A stretch of DNA of 64,000 nt from an uncultured Acidimicrobiia bacterium (GCA_963786955.1 CAWBAT010000005.1:1-64000); one strand, 5' to 3'. Counted from the first letter of the stretch, positions 1-10,738 are shown. Numbers and translations: made by a program. Notes: a model not told the origin generated them from the letters alone.

Positions 1-643
1 CTGAGGAACGAGCAATCGATCCTGACCGGACGGCAGAAGTCAGCAGAGGGCGTAGTAGTTACGCAAGTGACGAAGGCCCAAACGGTCCCCGAAAAGGGGT
101 TGATGGGAGTGGCAAGTAAGCGGCGCGACTCATGAGCGACAAGCGGCAGAAGAACCAGCTAGTGTTGGCCTTCCTGGACGAGAGTAGGAGTGAAGCTCCG
201 AGGGTATCCGGGGAAGGGACCGAATCGCTCGCGGCGAAGCGCGGGACAGAAAGCCCGGCCATGGATGAACAATTGATGGAGGAAGTCTGCGAGCGGGAAA
301 ACTGCAAGCAGGCATTGGCGCGAGTCAAGGCCAACAAAGGGACGGCTGGCATGGATGGGATGACCGTCCAGCAGTTGCCAGAGTACCTGAAACAGCACTG
401 GCCAGCAATCCGGGAACAGTTGTTGAGTGGAACCTATAAGCCGCAGCCGGTGAAGCGGGTGGAGATCCCCAAGCCGGACGGAGGGGTGCGAAAGCTTGGC
501 ATCCCGACGGTGCTGGATCGATTCATCCAGCAGGCGGTAATGCAGGTGCTGCAACGCAGGTGGGACCGGACATTTTCTGAACATAGCTATGGGTTTCGTC
601 CTGGGCGGGGCTCTTGTCAATGAAGTTGTGTTTGATAGGTAAC

Positions 644-1870
644 TCATCGGGTCACCTCAAAACGAGATTGAAACATGGCATTGAGCTGAGGAAGAGCCGC
701 GGCGATGCTGCGGGCAACGGTTCTCCATCGACCCTCCTCCAAAGAGGAGATGGCGAGCCCAAGTTTGAACTTCAAGGTGTCTTCAGAATGAAAGTAGCCG
801 CCACTGTTGCGGCGCATAATCTCCAATTGGCCATTGATGGCTTCAACGACGTTGGTGGTTGAAAACGATTTGCGCATGTATTCGGGATATTTCAAGAAGG
901 CGAGATAGTGCTCGCGCTTTTTGCGGAGTTCACCAATCCATGTCGGATAGGCTTTAGCGAAGCGATCGCAAAGTTCTTCGAACTGGTGATTGCCCACTTC
1001 AACATCCCAGGATGATTTGATCACACGCCAGCGTTGTTGAAACTCGGTGCTATCGGTCTTAGAGAGATGAGTTTTGGCATTGCGCTGCATATGGACAGCG
1101 CAGAGCTGGACGTCGGCATTGGGAAAGAAGCTTTGGCTGATGGGGAGCAGACCGGAGAAGTCGTCCTGAATGAAAATCATCACCCGCCGAAGGCCCCGCT
1201 CAATCAAACCCCGAAGGACTATTTTCCAGTCTTCGAGATTTTCACGGCCGGGTCTGGCGATACAACTCAGGACACGCTTCTTGCCATCGCGCCCTAGACC
1301 AATAGCCAGGTAGATACAAGCGGAACGCAGTTTATCGCCATTACGCAATTCGACGTACTTGCCATCGACAAACACGGCCAACAGGTCCGGATCCAAAGGC
1401 CGGCTGTTGCGCAGTTCCAGTTCCTCGATCATTCCGGTCGCCACCCGTTCTAAATCCTGTTCAGAGCTGGACAGGCCCATCTTCTGAAGGGCGTCTTTGG
1501 CTGCATTGATCGAGCGGCTCGAGCCGAGCAATCCCAACAGCAGCGACTGGACTTCTTCGCTGTAACCGCGACGATAGTGCGAAGGCAAAGTCGCCGGCCG
1601 GAACTCTCCGGTTCGAGTGCGGGGCACGCGAACTTCGATTGGAATGGTTCCCAGCTGAAGGGAACGATCGTAAAAACCGTTCGGCTTATCGGTGGGTTCC
1701 TTTTCTAAATAGAGGCTGCGCTCGGCGGTGCCGGCCGTGGAAATCAGCAGCCCCAAAAGTTCTCTGAGGCTAAAGTCGGCCAGCCCGGTTTGAAGGAGTT
1801 GAGTGACATCACTTTTTGTAAGCTCGGAGAGGGCAGTCGGTGTTAGGCTTTTGTTTGGATCTGTTGTCAT
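644..1870 (-). CDS. IS256 (Mutator-type) DDE transposase, about 408 aa
   Basis: Motifs NGFYDRSL...VRVPRTRTGEFRP, VFVDG, IQDD, QLCAVH, STTNVVEAIN. Likely start MTTDPNKS at 1870; the longer ORF-track start runs into the intron. Confidence 0.9.
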   Translation of the reverse strand: MTTDPNKSLTPTALSELTKSDVTQLLQTGLADFSLRELLGLLISTAGTAERSLYLEKEPTDKPNGFYDRSLQLGTIPIEVRVPRTRTGEFRPATLPSHYRRGYSEEVQSLLLGLLGSSRSINAAKDALQKMGLSSSEQDLERVATGMIEELELRNSRPLDPDLLAVFVDGKYVELRNGDKLRSACIYLAIGLGRDGKKRVLSCIARPGRENLEDWKIVLRGLIERGLRRVMIFIQDDFSGLLPISQSFFPNADVQLCAVHMQRNAKTHLSKTDSTEFQQRWRVIKSSWDVEVGNHQFEELCDRFAKAYPTWIGELRKKREHYLAFLKYPEYMRKSFSTTNVVEAINGQLEIMRRNSGGYFHSEDTLKFKLGLAISSLEEGRWRTVARSIAAALPQLNAMFQSRFEVTR

Positions 1871-1912
1871 TGATTTGCTCCTGAACAAAGTCGGTTGATG
1901 ACACGGGTCTTT

Positions 1913-1944
1913 GGCTCCAGGCGGCAACCTGGGGCCTTCTTCTT
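1913..1944 (+). terminator. Intrinsic-terminator-like hairpin used as the class C intron target site
   Basis: GGCTCCAGG-CGGCAA-CCTGGGGCC (9 bp stem, one G-U pair) followed by TTCTTCTT, immediately before the intron 5' end GTGTG. Confidence 0.8.
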
Positions 1945-3833
1945 GTGTGCCGAGCATGTTCGACAGCTCGAAGGTGAAAGTCCTTTTGACAACCTGATGG
2001 AGGTGAAGTCATAGCGAAGCGCAAGGGCGTTCTGGCGACGGAGGGTCTGAAAGAAGCGTGGAGCAAACGTACGAACCGATGAACAAGAACCGGATATGAG
2101 GCATACGGTGCTGGACGAGCGGGCAAGTGATCGCGAAGTCCATATCCATCAAGGGCACTGGTTGTAAATCCGGCGGTTGCGTGCGGAAGGCGGTCGAACT
2201 TACCTCGGGAGATCTGCGGTTTGTTGTGAAATCACAACTGAGGAACGAGCAATCGATCCTGACCGGACGGCAGAAGTCAGCAGAGGGCGTAGTAGTTACG
2301 CAAGTGACGAAGGCCCAAACGGTCCCCGAAAAGGGGTTGATGGGAGTGGCAAGTAAGCGGCGCGACTCATGAGCGACAAGCGGCAGAAGAACCAGCTAGT
2401 GTTGGCCTTCCTGGACGAGAGTAGGAGTGAAGCTCCGAGGGTATCCGGGGAAGGGACCGAATCGCTTGCGGGGAAGCGCGGGACAGAAAGCCCGGCCATG
2501 GACGAACAATTGATGGAGGAAGTCTGCGAGCGGGAAAACTGCAAGCAGGCATTGGCGCGAGTCAAGGCCAACAAAGGGACGGCTGGCATGGATGGGATGA
2601 CCGTCCAGCAGTTGCCAGAGTACCTGAAACAGCACTGGCCAGCAATCCGGGAACAGTTGTTGAGTGGAACCTATAAGCCGCAGCCGGTGAAGCGGGTGGA
2701 GATCCCCAAGCCGGACGGAGGGGTGCGAAAGCTTGGCATCCCGACGGTGCTGGATCGATTCATCCAGCAGGCGGTAATGCAGGTGCTGCAACGCAGGTGG
2801 GACCGGACATTTTCTGAACATAGCTATGGGTTTCGTCCTGGGCGGTCGGCGCATCAGGCGGTGGAACAGGCTCAGCAGTATATCGCCGAAGGCTATCGCT
2901 GGGTGGTAGATCTGGATTTGGAGAAGTTCTTCGACCGGGTAAACCATGACAGACTGATGGCAAAGATCACCGAAAGGGTCGGCGACAAGCGTATGCTGAA
3001 GTTGATCCGGACGTTCCTTACGGCTGGAGTTCTGGAAGATGGGCTGGTCAATCCGGTGGATGAGGGAACCCCGCAAGGAGGTCCTTTATCCCCATTGCTT
3101 AGCAACATTGTGCTCGACGAGTTTGACCGGGAGTTGGAGCGGCGCGGGCTCCGGTTTGCGCGGTATGCGGACGACAGTAATATTTACGTTCGCAGCAAGC
3201 GGGCCGGGGAACGGGTGATGGAGAGCCTGAAGCGCTTCCTCATAACGAAGCTCAAGCTCAAGGTGAACGAACTCAAGAGTGCGGTGGCGCGGCCATGGGA
3301 GAGGAAGTTTCTGGGATTCAGCTTTACGAGTGGGTTGACACCGAAGAGGCGGATAGCGCCCAAAGCGTTAGACCGATTCAAGAAGCGGGTCCGGGAACAG
3401 ACGAGCCGGACCGGGGGCGTGAGCATCGAACGAATGGCTGAGGAGTTGACCCGGTATCTGCGGGGTTGGCTTGGTTATTTCGGGAAGTGTCAGACGCCTT
3501 CGGTGTTGGAGGGTCTGGAGCAGTGGTTCCGGCGCAGGTTACGATCTGCGATCTGGAAGCAGTGGAAGAGGGGTTCGACGAGGTTTGCCGAACTTCGCCA
3601 GCGGGGCGTGAACCACGACTTGGCCGCGAAAACGGCGGGGAGTGGACACGGGCCGTGGAGAATGGCGGACTCGCCCGGGCTTCATATCGCACTGCCCACT
3701 GCATATTTCGATTCGCTTGGGATTCCCCGGTTAATTGATCGTTTGTGACTTAACCCGCCGAACCGCCGGATGCGGACCCGCATGTCCGGTGGTGTGGGAG
3801 GGGTGGAGCTGTGAGGCTCTCCCCTATCCCGAT
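1945..3833 (+). mobile_element. Group II intron (class C / IIC), copy B, intact, 1889 bp
   Basis: 5' end GTGTGCCGAGCATG (GUGYG consensus). IIC-type domain V GAACCGCCGGATGCGGACCCGCATGTCCGGTGGTGT near 3760-3796. 3' end CCCCTATCCCGAT. Inserted just after a stem-loop. Confidence 0.95.
2369..3748 (+). CDS. ltrA: Group II intron reverse transcriptase/maturase without an endonuclease domain
   Basis: RT motifs PKPDGGVRKLGIPTVLDR, VDLDLEKFFD, GTPQGGPLSPLLSNI, RYADD; thumb/X domain YLRGWLGYF; no HNH tail. Confidence 0.96.
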   Translation: MSDKRQKNQLVLAFLDESRSEAPRVSGEGTESLAGKRGTESPAMDEQLMEEVCERENCKQALARVKANKGTAGMDGMTVQQLPEYLKQHWPAIREQLLSGTYKPQPVKRVEIPKPDGGVRKLGIPTVLDRFIQQAVMQVLQRRWDRTFSEHSYGFRPGRSAHQAVEQAQQYIAEGYRWVVDLDLEKFFDRVNHDRLMAKITERVGDKRMLKLIRTFLTAGVLEDGLVNPVDEGTPQGGPLSPLLSNIVLDEFDRELERRGLRFARYADDSNIYVRSKRAGERVMESLKRFLITKLKLKVNELKSAVARPWERKFLGFSFTSGLTPKRRIAPKALDRFKKRVREQTSRTGGVSIERMAEELTRYLRGWLGYFGKCQTPSVLEGLEQWFRRRLRSAIWKQWKRGSTRFAELRQRGVNHDLAAKTAGSGHGPWRMADSPGLHIALPTAYFDSLGIPRLIDRL

Positions 3834-5344
3834 TTTGCAACACAACGCGCCAAACAAACAACGCGCGGCGGAAAGCGCTATGGAAACGGCCACAGCTGTG
3901 GAAATCGATAATGGTCGCCTTCGGCAACTTCTTCTGGATGATTTCCACAAGCTGTTTGGAAAAGCCTTTGCAAAAACCGCTCCGGCTTTACCACCGTTAC
4001 CACAGCGCCGACTGCGACCCTTTTCCTTAGAGAAGGCTATAACTAATAAATCTCCAAACACAAAATTTAGGTTACTCCCCTGGGCGGTCGGCGCATCAGG
4101 CGGTGGAACAGGCTCAGCAGTATATCGCCGAAGGCTATCGCTGGGTGGTAGATCTGGATTTGGAGAAGTTCTTCGACCGGGTAAACCATGACAGACTGAT
4201 GGCAAAGATCACCGAAAGGGTCGGCGACAAGCGTATGCTGAAGTTGATCCGGACGTTCCTTACGGCTGGAGTTCTGGAAGATGGGCTGGTCAATCCGGTG
4301 GATGAGGGAACCCCGCAAGGAGGTCCTTTATCCCCATTGCTTAGCAACATTGTGCTCGACGAGTTTGACCGGGAGTTGGAGCGGCGCGGGCTCCGGTTTG
4401 CGCGGTATGCGGACGACAGTAATATTTACGTTCGCAGCAAGCGGGCCGGGGAACGGGTGATGGAGAGCCTGAAGCGCTTCCTCATAACGAAGCTCAAGCT
4501 CAAGGTGAACGAACTCAAGAGTGCGGTGGCGCGGCCATGGGAGAGGAAGTTTCTGGGATTCAGCTTTACGAGTGGGTTGACACCGAAGAGGCGGATAGCG
4601 CCCAAAGCGTTAGACCGATTCAAGAAGCGGGTCCGGGAACAGACGAGCCGGACCGGGGGCGTGAGCATCGAACGAATGGCTGAGGAGTTGACCCGGTATC
4701 TGCGGGGTTGGCTTGGTTATTTCGGGAAGTGTCAGACGCCTTCGGTGTTGGAGGGTCTGGAGCAGTGGTTCCGGCGCAGGTTACGATCTGCGATCTGGAA
4801 GCAGTGGAAGAGGGGTTCGACGAGGTTTGCCGAACTTCGCCAGCGGGGCGTGAACCACGACTTGGCCGCGAAAACGGCGGGGAGTGGACACGGGCCGTGG
4901 AGAATGGCGGACTCGCCCGGGCTTCATATCGCACTGCCCACTGCATATTTCGATTCGCTTGGGATTCCCCGGTTAATTGATCGTTTGTGACTTAACCCGC
5001 CGAACCGCCGGATGCGGACCCGCATGTCCGGTGGTGTGGGAGGGGTGGAGCTGTGAGGCTCTCCCCTATCCCGATTGTTCAAATCGAAATCTTCAGAAGC
5101 CCACGTCTCGCAAAAGGCGCTCAGCGTCGATACTGAAGGCATCAGATTCCTTTTGCTGAGGAACCTAATCTGATTTAGACAGGGTCGTGGCATCTATAAA
5201 ACTACCCGTTGCACGAATTGGAACTCTCTGATAGCTTGAACACGATAATTTGCGCAATCTTTCTAATTTTTTTTACTTTGACCCCTGGTCGATCTTCCGC
5301 CATCTGGCGGATGTCTGGCTGCGCCACGAACTTCTGCAACTGAG

Positions 5345-5485
5345 TACTGCTATTCCTAATTACGGTAACTTATCTTAGCTTAGGCGCCGCGTGAGGTTGG
5401 GGTTTTGAGAAAGCCCCCAGCCTGCAAAGTTGTAGGCTGGGTCACCGACCCTGCGTTAACGCCACCGTATTTATGAAAAGCAGTA
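5345..5485. mobile_element. MITE-like element, copy 1, with 22-bp imperfect TIRs and an internal GTAG REP-like palindrome
   Basis: TACTGCTATTCCTAATTACGGT ... ACCGTATTTATGAAAAGCAGTA. A homologous copy lies inverted at 16881-17005. Confidence 0.7.
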
Positions 5486-5522
5486 CTGAGTTTAAGAATA
5501 AATTGAGACCAAGGAGATAATA

Positions 5523-5855
5523 ATGATGAAGCGTTACACCCGCTGGATTGTCGTGCTTGCCCTGTTTCCTCTCTTATTCCTAGGATTCACGCTGTTTCGC
5601 CCTAGCAAAGCCAAAGCTGAGCCGCCGCAGCAGTTCCCGATTATGGACAGTGTCGCCAATAAGATCATCCAGAAGTACCAGACATCGACCTGCGAGCAAT
5701 TGTGGATCAAGAAAAGTCAAAAGGCTCCGCCATCGGCTGAAGAACAAAAAGTGATCGGATTTCTCAAGAATGATCCCCAGATGCGTGCGGCATTCATCAA
5801 CAAAATTGCACCTCCCATTGCTAACAAGATGTTCGATTGCGGGATGATTCCCTGA
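5523..5855 (+). CDS. Small secreted protein with two Cys (paralog of 17609-17911)
   Basis: RBS AAGGAG, signal peptide, and 63/74 identical residues to the paralog in the mature region. Confidence 0.85.
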   Translation: MMKRYTRWIVVLALFPLLFLGFTLFRPSKAKAEPPQQFPIMDSVANKIIQKYQTSTCEQLWIKKSQKAPPSAEEQKVIGFLKNDPQMRAAFINKIAPPIANKMFDCGMIP

Positions 5856-5984
5856 GAGTGTCAGGATCAAGAGCTCAATTCAGTATCGCGGAGTGACACG
5901 ACCCTTGCGCTCTTTGGCATCAGGCCTGCACTAGCACACCGTGGCTGACAAGTACGAGCTTGTCACAACTGAAGGGAGACGCCG

Positions 5985-6380
5985 TTGAAGAACTTGCTTA
6001 CCATGACCGCTCTGATTGAGGGCGGCGCCGGTGCGGCATTGCTGTGTTGCCCGTCGGCGACGGTGGCGCTGCTGCTCGGTTCAGGGCTCAACACGTCTGC
6101 AGCGGTGACGCTTGGACGCGTGGCTGGGGCCGCACTGCTTGCCCTGGGAGCAGCCTGCTGGTTCGCGCGCGACGACGGGAGCCTTGCCGCGAGAGGGTTG
6201 GTTCGCGCAATGGCGCTGTATAACCTTGCTGTCGCTGCGATCCTTGCAGTCGCCGGCATCGGCTCAGGACTGATTGGCATTGCCTTGTGGCCGGCAGTTG
6301 TACTTCACGCAGCAATGGCCGCCTGGTGCGTCAGGTGTCTTCCGAGAACCCAGGCGCAAATCAATGAGAAAGTGAAATGA
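5985..6380 (+). CDS. Small four-TM membrane protein (paralog of 17061-17426)
   Basis: Four hydrophobic segments; shares the motifs LGAACW and LWPAVVLHA with the paralog. Confidence 0.8.
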   Translation: MKNLLTMTALIEGGAGAALLCCPSATVALLLGSGLNTSAAVTLGRVAGAALLALGAACWFARDDGSLAARGLVRAMALYNLAVAAILAVAGIGSGLIGIALWPAVVLHAAMAAWCVRCLPRTQAQINEKVK

Positions 6381-6722
6381 ACCGCGAACTTTGACGGGGC
6401 CGTGCTTCCAGAGCTTTGCACTCTTGGAGTCTTGGCGAGAGCGCTACAAGATCAAAAGGGTATCTTCTCGCCAAGGCGGCAAAGAAAGTCGAGGCGGCTC
6501 GGCAGTAATCGCAAGAAACGCGCCGACCGTCTCGAGGCTTTGGGGACGGCCCGCGCGTAAACGGTGCTTCCTCCATAAACTATGCGGACCGCATCCTAAC
6601 CACATTCATCGAACATCGATGAGCCAAACGGGATGCGGTCTGCGACTTCAAATTTATGCCCCGCGATCCCCACTACAGGCGGACGGGAGCGTGGCGCCCC
6701 CATGCTACCCCCGACAATATTC

Positions 6723-6751
6723 TTGACGCCAACGGTATCGAACGAGATACT
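6723..6751 (+). promoter_or_regulatory. Putative sigma70 promoter of the arylsulfatase operon
   Basis: TTGACG-17 bp-GATACT. Both hexamers and the spacing are conserved in the duplicate at 17480-17508 while the spacer has diverged. Confidence 0.6.
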
Positions 6752-6851
6752 TTGGGGGTAACTTGAGGTGGGTGAGGGTTTCTAACTCTATCACTCGAAG
6801 ACTCTTTCAATTAAAGCATTTAGCCGGCTTGACCGGCCTACGGAGTAGGCT

Positions 6852-9363
6852 ATGAGCAAACGATTGTTCCTCTGTGCTGCAGTGGCTGCCTTCATCTTGA
6901 CGACTTCATTGTCAGCTTCCGCGCAAAAGACTAGCGGCGAGCCTGGCTCGCCCAGCGCCACCACGACCATCGACGGCAAACAACTCCCCGCGCCCGATCC
7001 GAAGTTCGGCGGCGTGATCAAGGACGATGCCCTTCAATCCAAACCGTGGTGGGCGCCGCGCATCGTGCCGCCCAAGGGCGCGCCCAATGTCCTGCTCATC
7101 ATCACGGATGACTCCGGGTTCGGCGTGCCGAGCACCTTCGGCGGCGTCATCCCGACGCCCACGATGGATCGCGTGGCGAAGACCGGGCTGCGCTACAATA
7201 ACATTCACTCCACCGCGCTTTGCTCGCCGACGCGCGCGGCGCTCATCACCGGGCGGAACCATCACTCGGTGGGCTTCGGCGTGATCTCCGAGCAGGCCAC
7301 GGGCTTCCCCGGTTACAACAGCATCATCCCCGAAGACAAGGCCACCATCGGGCGCATGCTCAAGGACAACGGCTACGCCACCGCGTGGTTCGGCAAGAAT
7401 CACAACACGCCGGCGTTCGCCGCCAGCCAGGTCGGGCCGTTTGACAAATGGCCGACCGGCATGGGCTTCGAGTATTTCTACGGTTTCAATGGCGGCGATG
7501 CGAACCAGTGGCAGCCGAACCTCTTCCGCAACACCACGCAGATTTATCCCTTCGAGGGCAAGCCGGGCTGGAACCTGATCACCGGCATGGCCGACGACGC
7601 CATTGATTACCTGAACCGCATCAACCAGACGATGCCCAGCAAGCCGTTCTTCGTGAAATACGCGCCCGGCGCCACGCACGCGCCGCATCATCCGACCAAG
7701 GAATGGGTGAAGAAGATCGCCGACATGCACCTCTTCGACGACGGTTACGAGAAGCTGCGCGAGCGCATCTTCGAGAACCAGAAGAAGCTCGGCGTCATCC
7801 CGGCGGACACGAAGCTGGAGCCGTGGCCGCAAAGAGGTCCTTAAGCCGTGGGATCAACTCACCGCCGACGAGAAGAAACTCTTCATCAGGCAGGTGGAAA
7901 TCTTCGCCGCCTACGAGGCGTACAACGACTACGAGATCGGGCGCGTCATCCAGTCCATCGAGGACATGGGCAAGCTCGACAACACGCTCATCATCTACAT
8001 CAACGGCGACAACGGCACGAGCGCCGAGGGCGGTCCGCTCGGCACGCCGAACGAAGTCGCGTTCTTCAACGGCGTGAACATGATCCCCGCGGCCGAACAG
8101 TTGAAATGGTATGACGTGTGGGGCACCGAGCAGACCTACAACCACATGTCGGCGGGCTGGTCCTGGGCCTTCGATACGCCCTTCTCCTGGTTCAAGCAAA
8201 ACGCCTCCAAGCTCGGCGGCATCCGCCAGTGCATGGCGGTTTCCTGGCCCGGCCACATCAAGGATGCCGGCGGCCTGCGCGAGCAGTTCATGCACGTCAT
8301 TGACGTGGTGCCGACCATCCTCGAGGTCGCCGGCATCCCGGCACCCACCACGGTGGACGGCATCAAGCAAGCACCCATCGAAGGCACGAGTTTCGCCTAC
8401 ACCTTTGACGCGAAAAACGCCAAGGAGCCGACGCGGCACAAGACCCAGTATTTCGAGATGATGGGCCAGTATGCGCTCTATCACGAAGGCTGGCTGCTCA
8501 GCACCAAGGTGAACCGCGCGCCGTGGGAGGCCTTCGGCCCGGCGAATCCCGACCCGCTCAACAATCAGGTGCTCGAACTCTACGACCTGAACAAGGACTT
8601 CAGCCAGTCGCAGAACATCGCCGACAAATTCCCCGACAAGGTGAAGGAGTTGAAGCAGCTCTTCATCGAGGAAGCCCGCAAGTATCAGGTCTTCCCGATG
8701 GACGCCTCGGTCGCCGCGCGCGTCATCGCCCCGCGTCCGAACATCACCGCCGGCCGCACCGAGTTCGTCTATACCCAGCCGATGGTCGGCCTGCCGCAGG
8801 GCGATTCGCCGCTGCTCCTCAACACCTCCTACACCATCACCGCGGACATCACGGTTCCCGAAGGCGGTGCCGAAGGCATGATCCTTACCTCCGGTGGCCG
8901 GTTCGCCGGCTACGGCTTCTACCTGCTCAAAGGCAAGCCGGTGTTTCTCTGGAACATGATCGACCTGGAACGCCTCAAATGGGAAGGCCCCGATGCGCTC
9001 ACGCCCGGCAAACACACCGTCGAGTTCGACTTCAAGTATGAAGGCCTCGGCGTCGGCACGCTCCTCTACAATAACATGAGCGGCCTCGCCCAGCCCGGCA
9101 CCGGCGTGCTCAAGGTGGACGGCAAGGAAGTCGCGACCAAGAAGATGGAGAAGCACGCTGCCCATGATCCTGCAATGGGACGAGAGCTTCGACGTCGGCT
9201 CCGACACGCTGACCGGCGTGAACGACGCGGACTACCAGCCGCCGTTCGCCCTCACCGCCAAGCTCAACAAGCTGACGATCAAAGTGGACCGGCCCGCAGT
9301 TGTCGCCCGAGGACATCAAGAAACTCGAAGAAGGCATGCAGAAGGCCGCCGCCGGCCAAGTAG
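6852..9363 (+). CDS. Arylsulfatase (Cys-type formylglycine sulfatase), secreted; about 3 apparent frameshifts (near 7835, 9160, 9300)
   Basis: PNVLLIITDD, LCSPTRAALITGR, GKNH, APGATHAPHH, GDNG, HVIDVVPTILE across consecutive ORFs 6852-7844, 7894-9363 and 9164-9300. Confidence 0.92.
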
Positions 9364-9498
9364 CAATGTCGTTTCGTTCGTGAACCGCGCGGGCCGTGTC
9401 TTACCGGCACGGACCGCGACTTTACCAACGAAACAAGAATGAATGCGGAATTTTAACAGGAGCTGAACTGGTGATTTTCCGTTCTTGGTTGGAGACAG

Positions 9499-10506
9499 TT
9501 GGTGAACGAAGTGTCCTTAGTTACTGAGGCGCAGCCCGCAGTCGAGCAGTCACGGCTGCGCCAATCAATTCTCCCAACGCTGAAGCGCTGGCTGCGCGAG
9601 CCGCTCGTGCACTTTCTACTCCTCGGAGTCGCGCTGTTCGCTGTTTACGCCTACATGCATCGCGGTCGCAGCGGAGTCGAATCGTCGCGGCAAATTGTTC
9701 TGAGCCTCGATGAGCTCCGCCAGATGGACATGTATTTCGAGTCTCAATGGCATCGCCCGCCAACTCCTGCCGAGTTCCAAGCGATGGTCGAGGACAAGGT
9801 CCGCGAGGAGGTCCTGTATCGCGAAGCGCTCGCCACGGGCCTCGATAAAGATGACACCATCGTGAAGCGCCGCATGGCGCAGAAGATGCAGTTCCTAGCC
9901 GAAGACGTGGCCGCCGCTCACGAACCTTCCACGACGGAGCTCAAATCCTGGTTCGACAATAACAAAGCCAAGTTCGCCCTGCCGGGACGCTACAGCTTCC
10001 GCCATCTTTACTTCTCACCCGACAAGCGCGGCAACAATGCGCAGGAAGATGCCGCCAAGGTGCTGGCCAAAATCGCCAGCCAGCCGGAAGACTCGAAACT
10101 GGCCGCATCTCTTGCTGATCCATTCATGTTCCAGAATTATTACGGTGACCGTACTCCCGAGGCGATCGCCAAGGAGTTCGGTCCGCCGTTCGCGATGACA
10201 CTCGAGAAGCTGAAGCCCGGCTCATGGCAGGGGCCGGTTGAGTCCGGCTATGGCTGGCATTGTGTATTCGTCGATACCGTGGTCCCAGGCCGCATTCCCG
10301 CTTTTGAAGAAGTTGAGCCGGATGTAAAGACCGCCTGGCTGGGGGAACAGAAGGCTCAGGCCTGGAAGAAAGCCTACGATGCGATGCGCGCCAAATACAT
10401 CGTACTTCTACCTGCACCTCCTGCGAAGGATTCGGCGCAGCCCAGCTCTCCTCCACCTCCCCTCAAGAAGCAGGTTCCCGCCCCATCCGGTGAGGGGTCG
10501 CCGTGA
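9499..10506 (+). CDS. PpiC/parvulin-type peptidyl-prolyl isomerase-like protein, membrane anchored
   Basis: REPLVHFLLLG, REEVLYREA..GLDKDDTIVKRR, WQGPVESGYGWH; typical of the family found with HupE/UreJ and DUF3604. Confidence 0.85.
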   Translation: MVNEVSLVTEAQPAVEQSRLRQSILPTLKRWLREPLVHFLLLGVALFAVYAYMHRGRSGVESSRQIVLSLDELRQMDMYFESQWHRPPTPAEFQAMVEDKVREEVLYREALATGLDKDDTIVKRRMAQKMQFLAEDVAAAHEPSTTELKSWFDNNKAKFALPGRYSFRHLYFSPDKRGNNAQEDAAKVLAKIASQPEDSKLAASLADPFMFQNYYGDRTPEAIAKEFGPPFAMTLEKLKPGSWQGPVESGYGWHCVFVDTVVPGRIPAFEEVEPDVKTAWLGEQKAQAWKKAYDAMRAKYIVLLPAPPAKDSAQPSSPPPPLKKQVPAPSGEGSP

Positions 10507-10549
10507 GCGGTCCATGACGCCAGGGCAAACGTGGTCGGGGCTGGACGTT

Positions 10550-10738
10550 GAGATGCGAGATTGGAGATAGGGGATGCGGAATGCAAGGTGAACGATGCGT
10601 GATACGAGATACGAGATGGAAGATGCGAATTGCCGTATAGGAAATGCAGGTTGCCATGCGCGAGTACCTGAAATCTCGTATCCTGCATCCCGCATCCCAT
10701 ATCCCGTATCCCGCATCCTATATCTCCTATCTCTAATC
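10550..10738 (+). repeat. Heptamer-armed hairpin element, copy 1
   Basis: (GATRCGR)n arm, about 45-nt unique core, inverted (YCGYATC)n arm. Outer arms GATTGGAGATAGGGGAT and ATCTCCTATCTCTAATC can pair. Confidence 0.85.

Larger units (their letters stand above)
609..4079 (-). mobile_element. IS256-family insertion sequence (own sequence 609-1944 plus 3834-4079), carrying group II intron copy B
   Basis: Direct repeat CTGGGCGG at 601-608 and 4080-4087 (9 bp if the preceding C is included). Imperfect terminal IRs GGCTCTTGTCAATGAAGTTGTGTTTG and GGGAGTAACCTAAATTTTGTGTTTG. Contains a mutator-type transposase. Confidence 0.9.
132..4990 (+). pseudogene. ltrA: Intron-encoded reverse transcriptase/maturase of copy A, split into 132-608 and 4080-4990 by the IS insertion
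   Basis: The N-terminal part ends at ...SYGFRPGR and the C-terminal part resumes SAHQAVEQ...RYADD..., matching the intact ORF at 2369-3748. Confidence 0.92.
1..5075 (+). mobile_element. Group II intron (class C), copy A; 5' end lies upstream of the window; interrupted at 609-4079 by an IS256-family element
   Basis: 1-608 aligns to 2238-2845 of copy B and 4080-5075 aligns to the rest of copy B. It ends with domain V/VI ...CCCCTATCCCGAT at 5075. Confidence 0.93.

Noticed and set aside
1871-1957. N-terminal extension of the transposase in the ORF track (start 1957)
   Set aside because: That ATG lies inside the inserted intron, so it cannot be the native start.
6415-6485. Inverted repeat CTTGGCGAGA / TCTCGCCAAG
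   Set aside because: Single copy in the window with no U-tract; possibly a degenerate intergenic palindrome but unsupported here.
6912-9207. Long antisense ORFs (6912-7832, 7795-9207) and similar shadows elsewhere
   Set aside because: They mirror GC3-rich sense genes, which suppresses stop codons on the opposite strand, and have no recognisable motifs.
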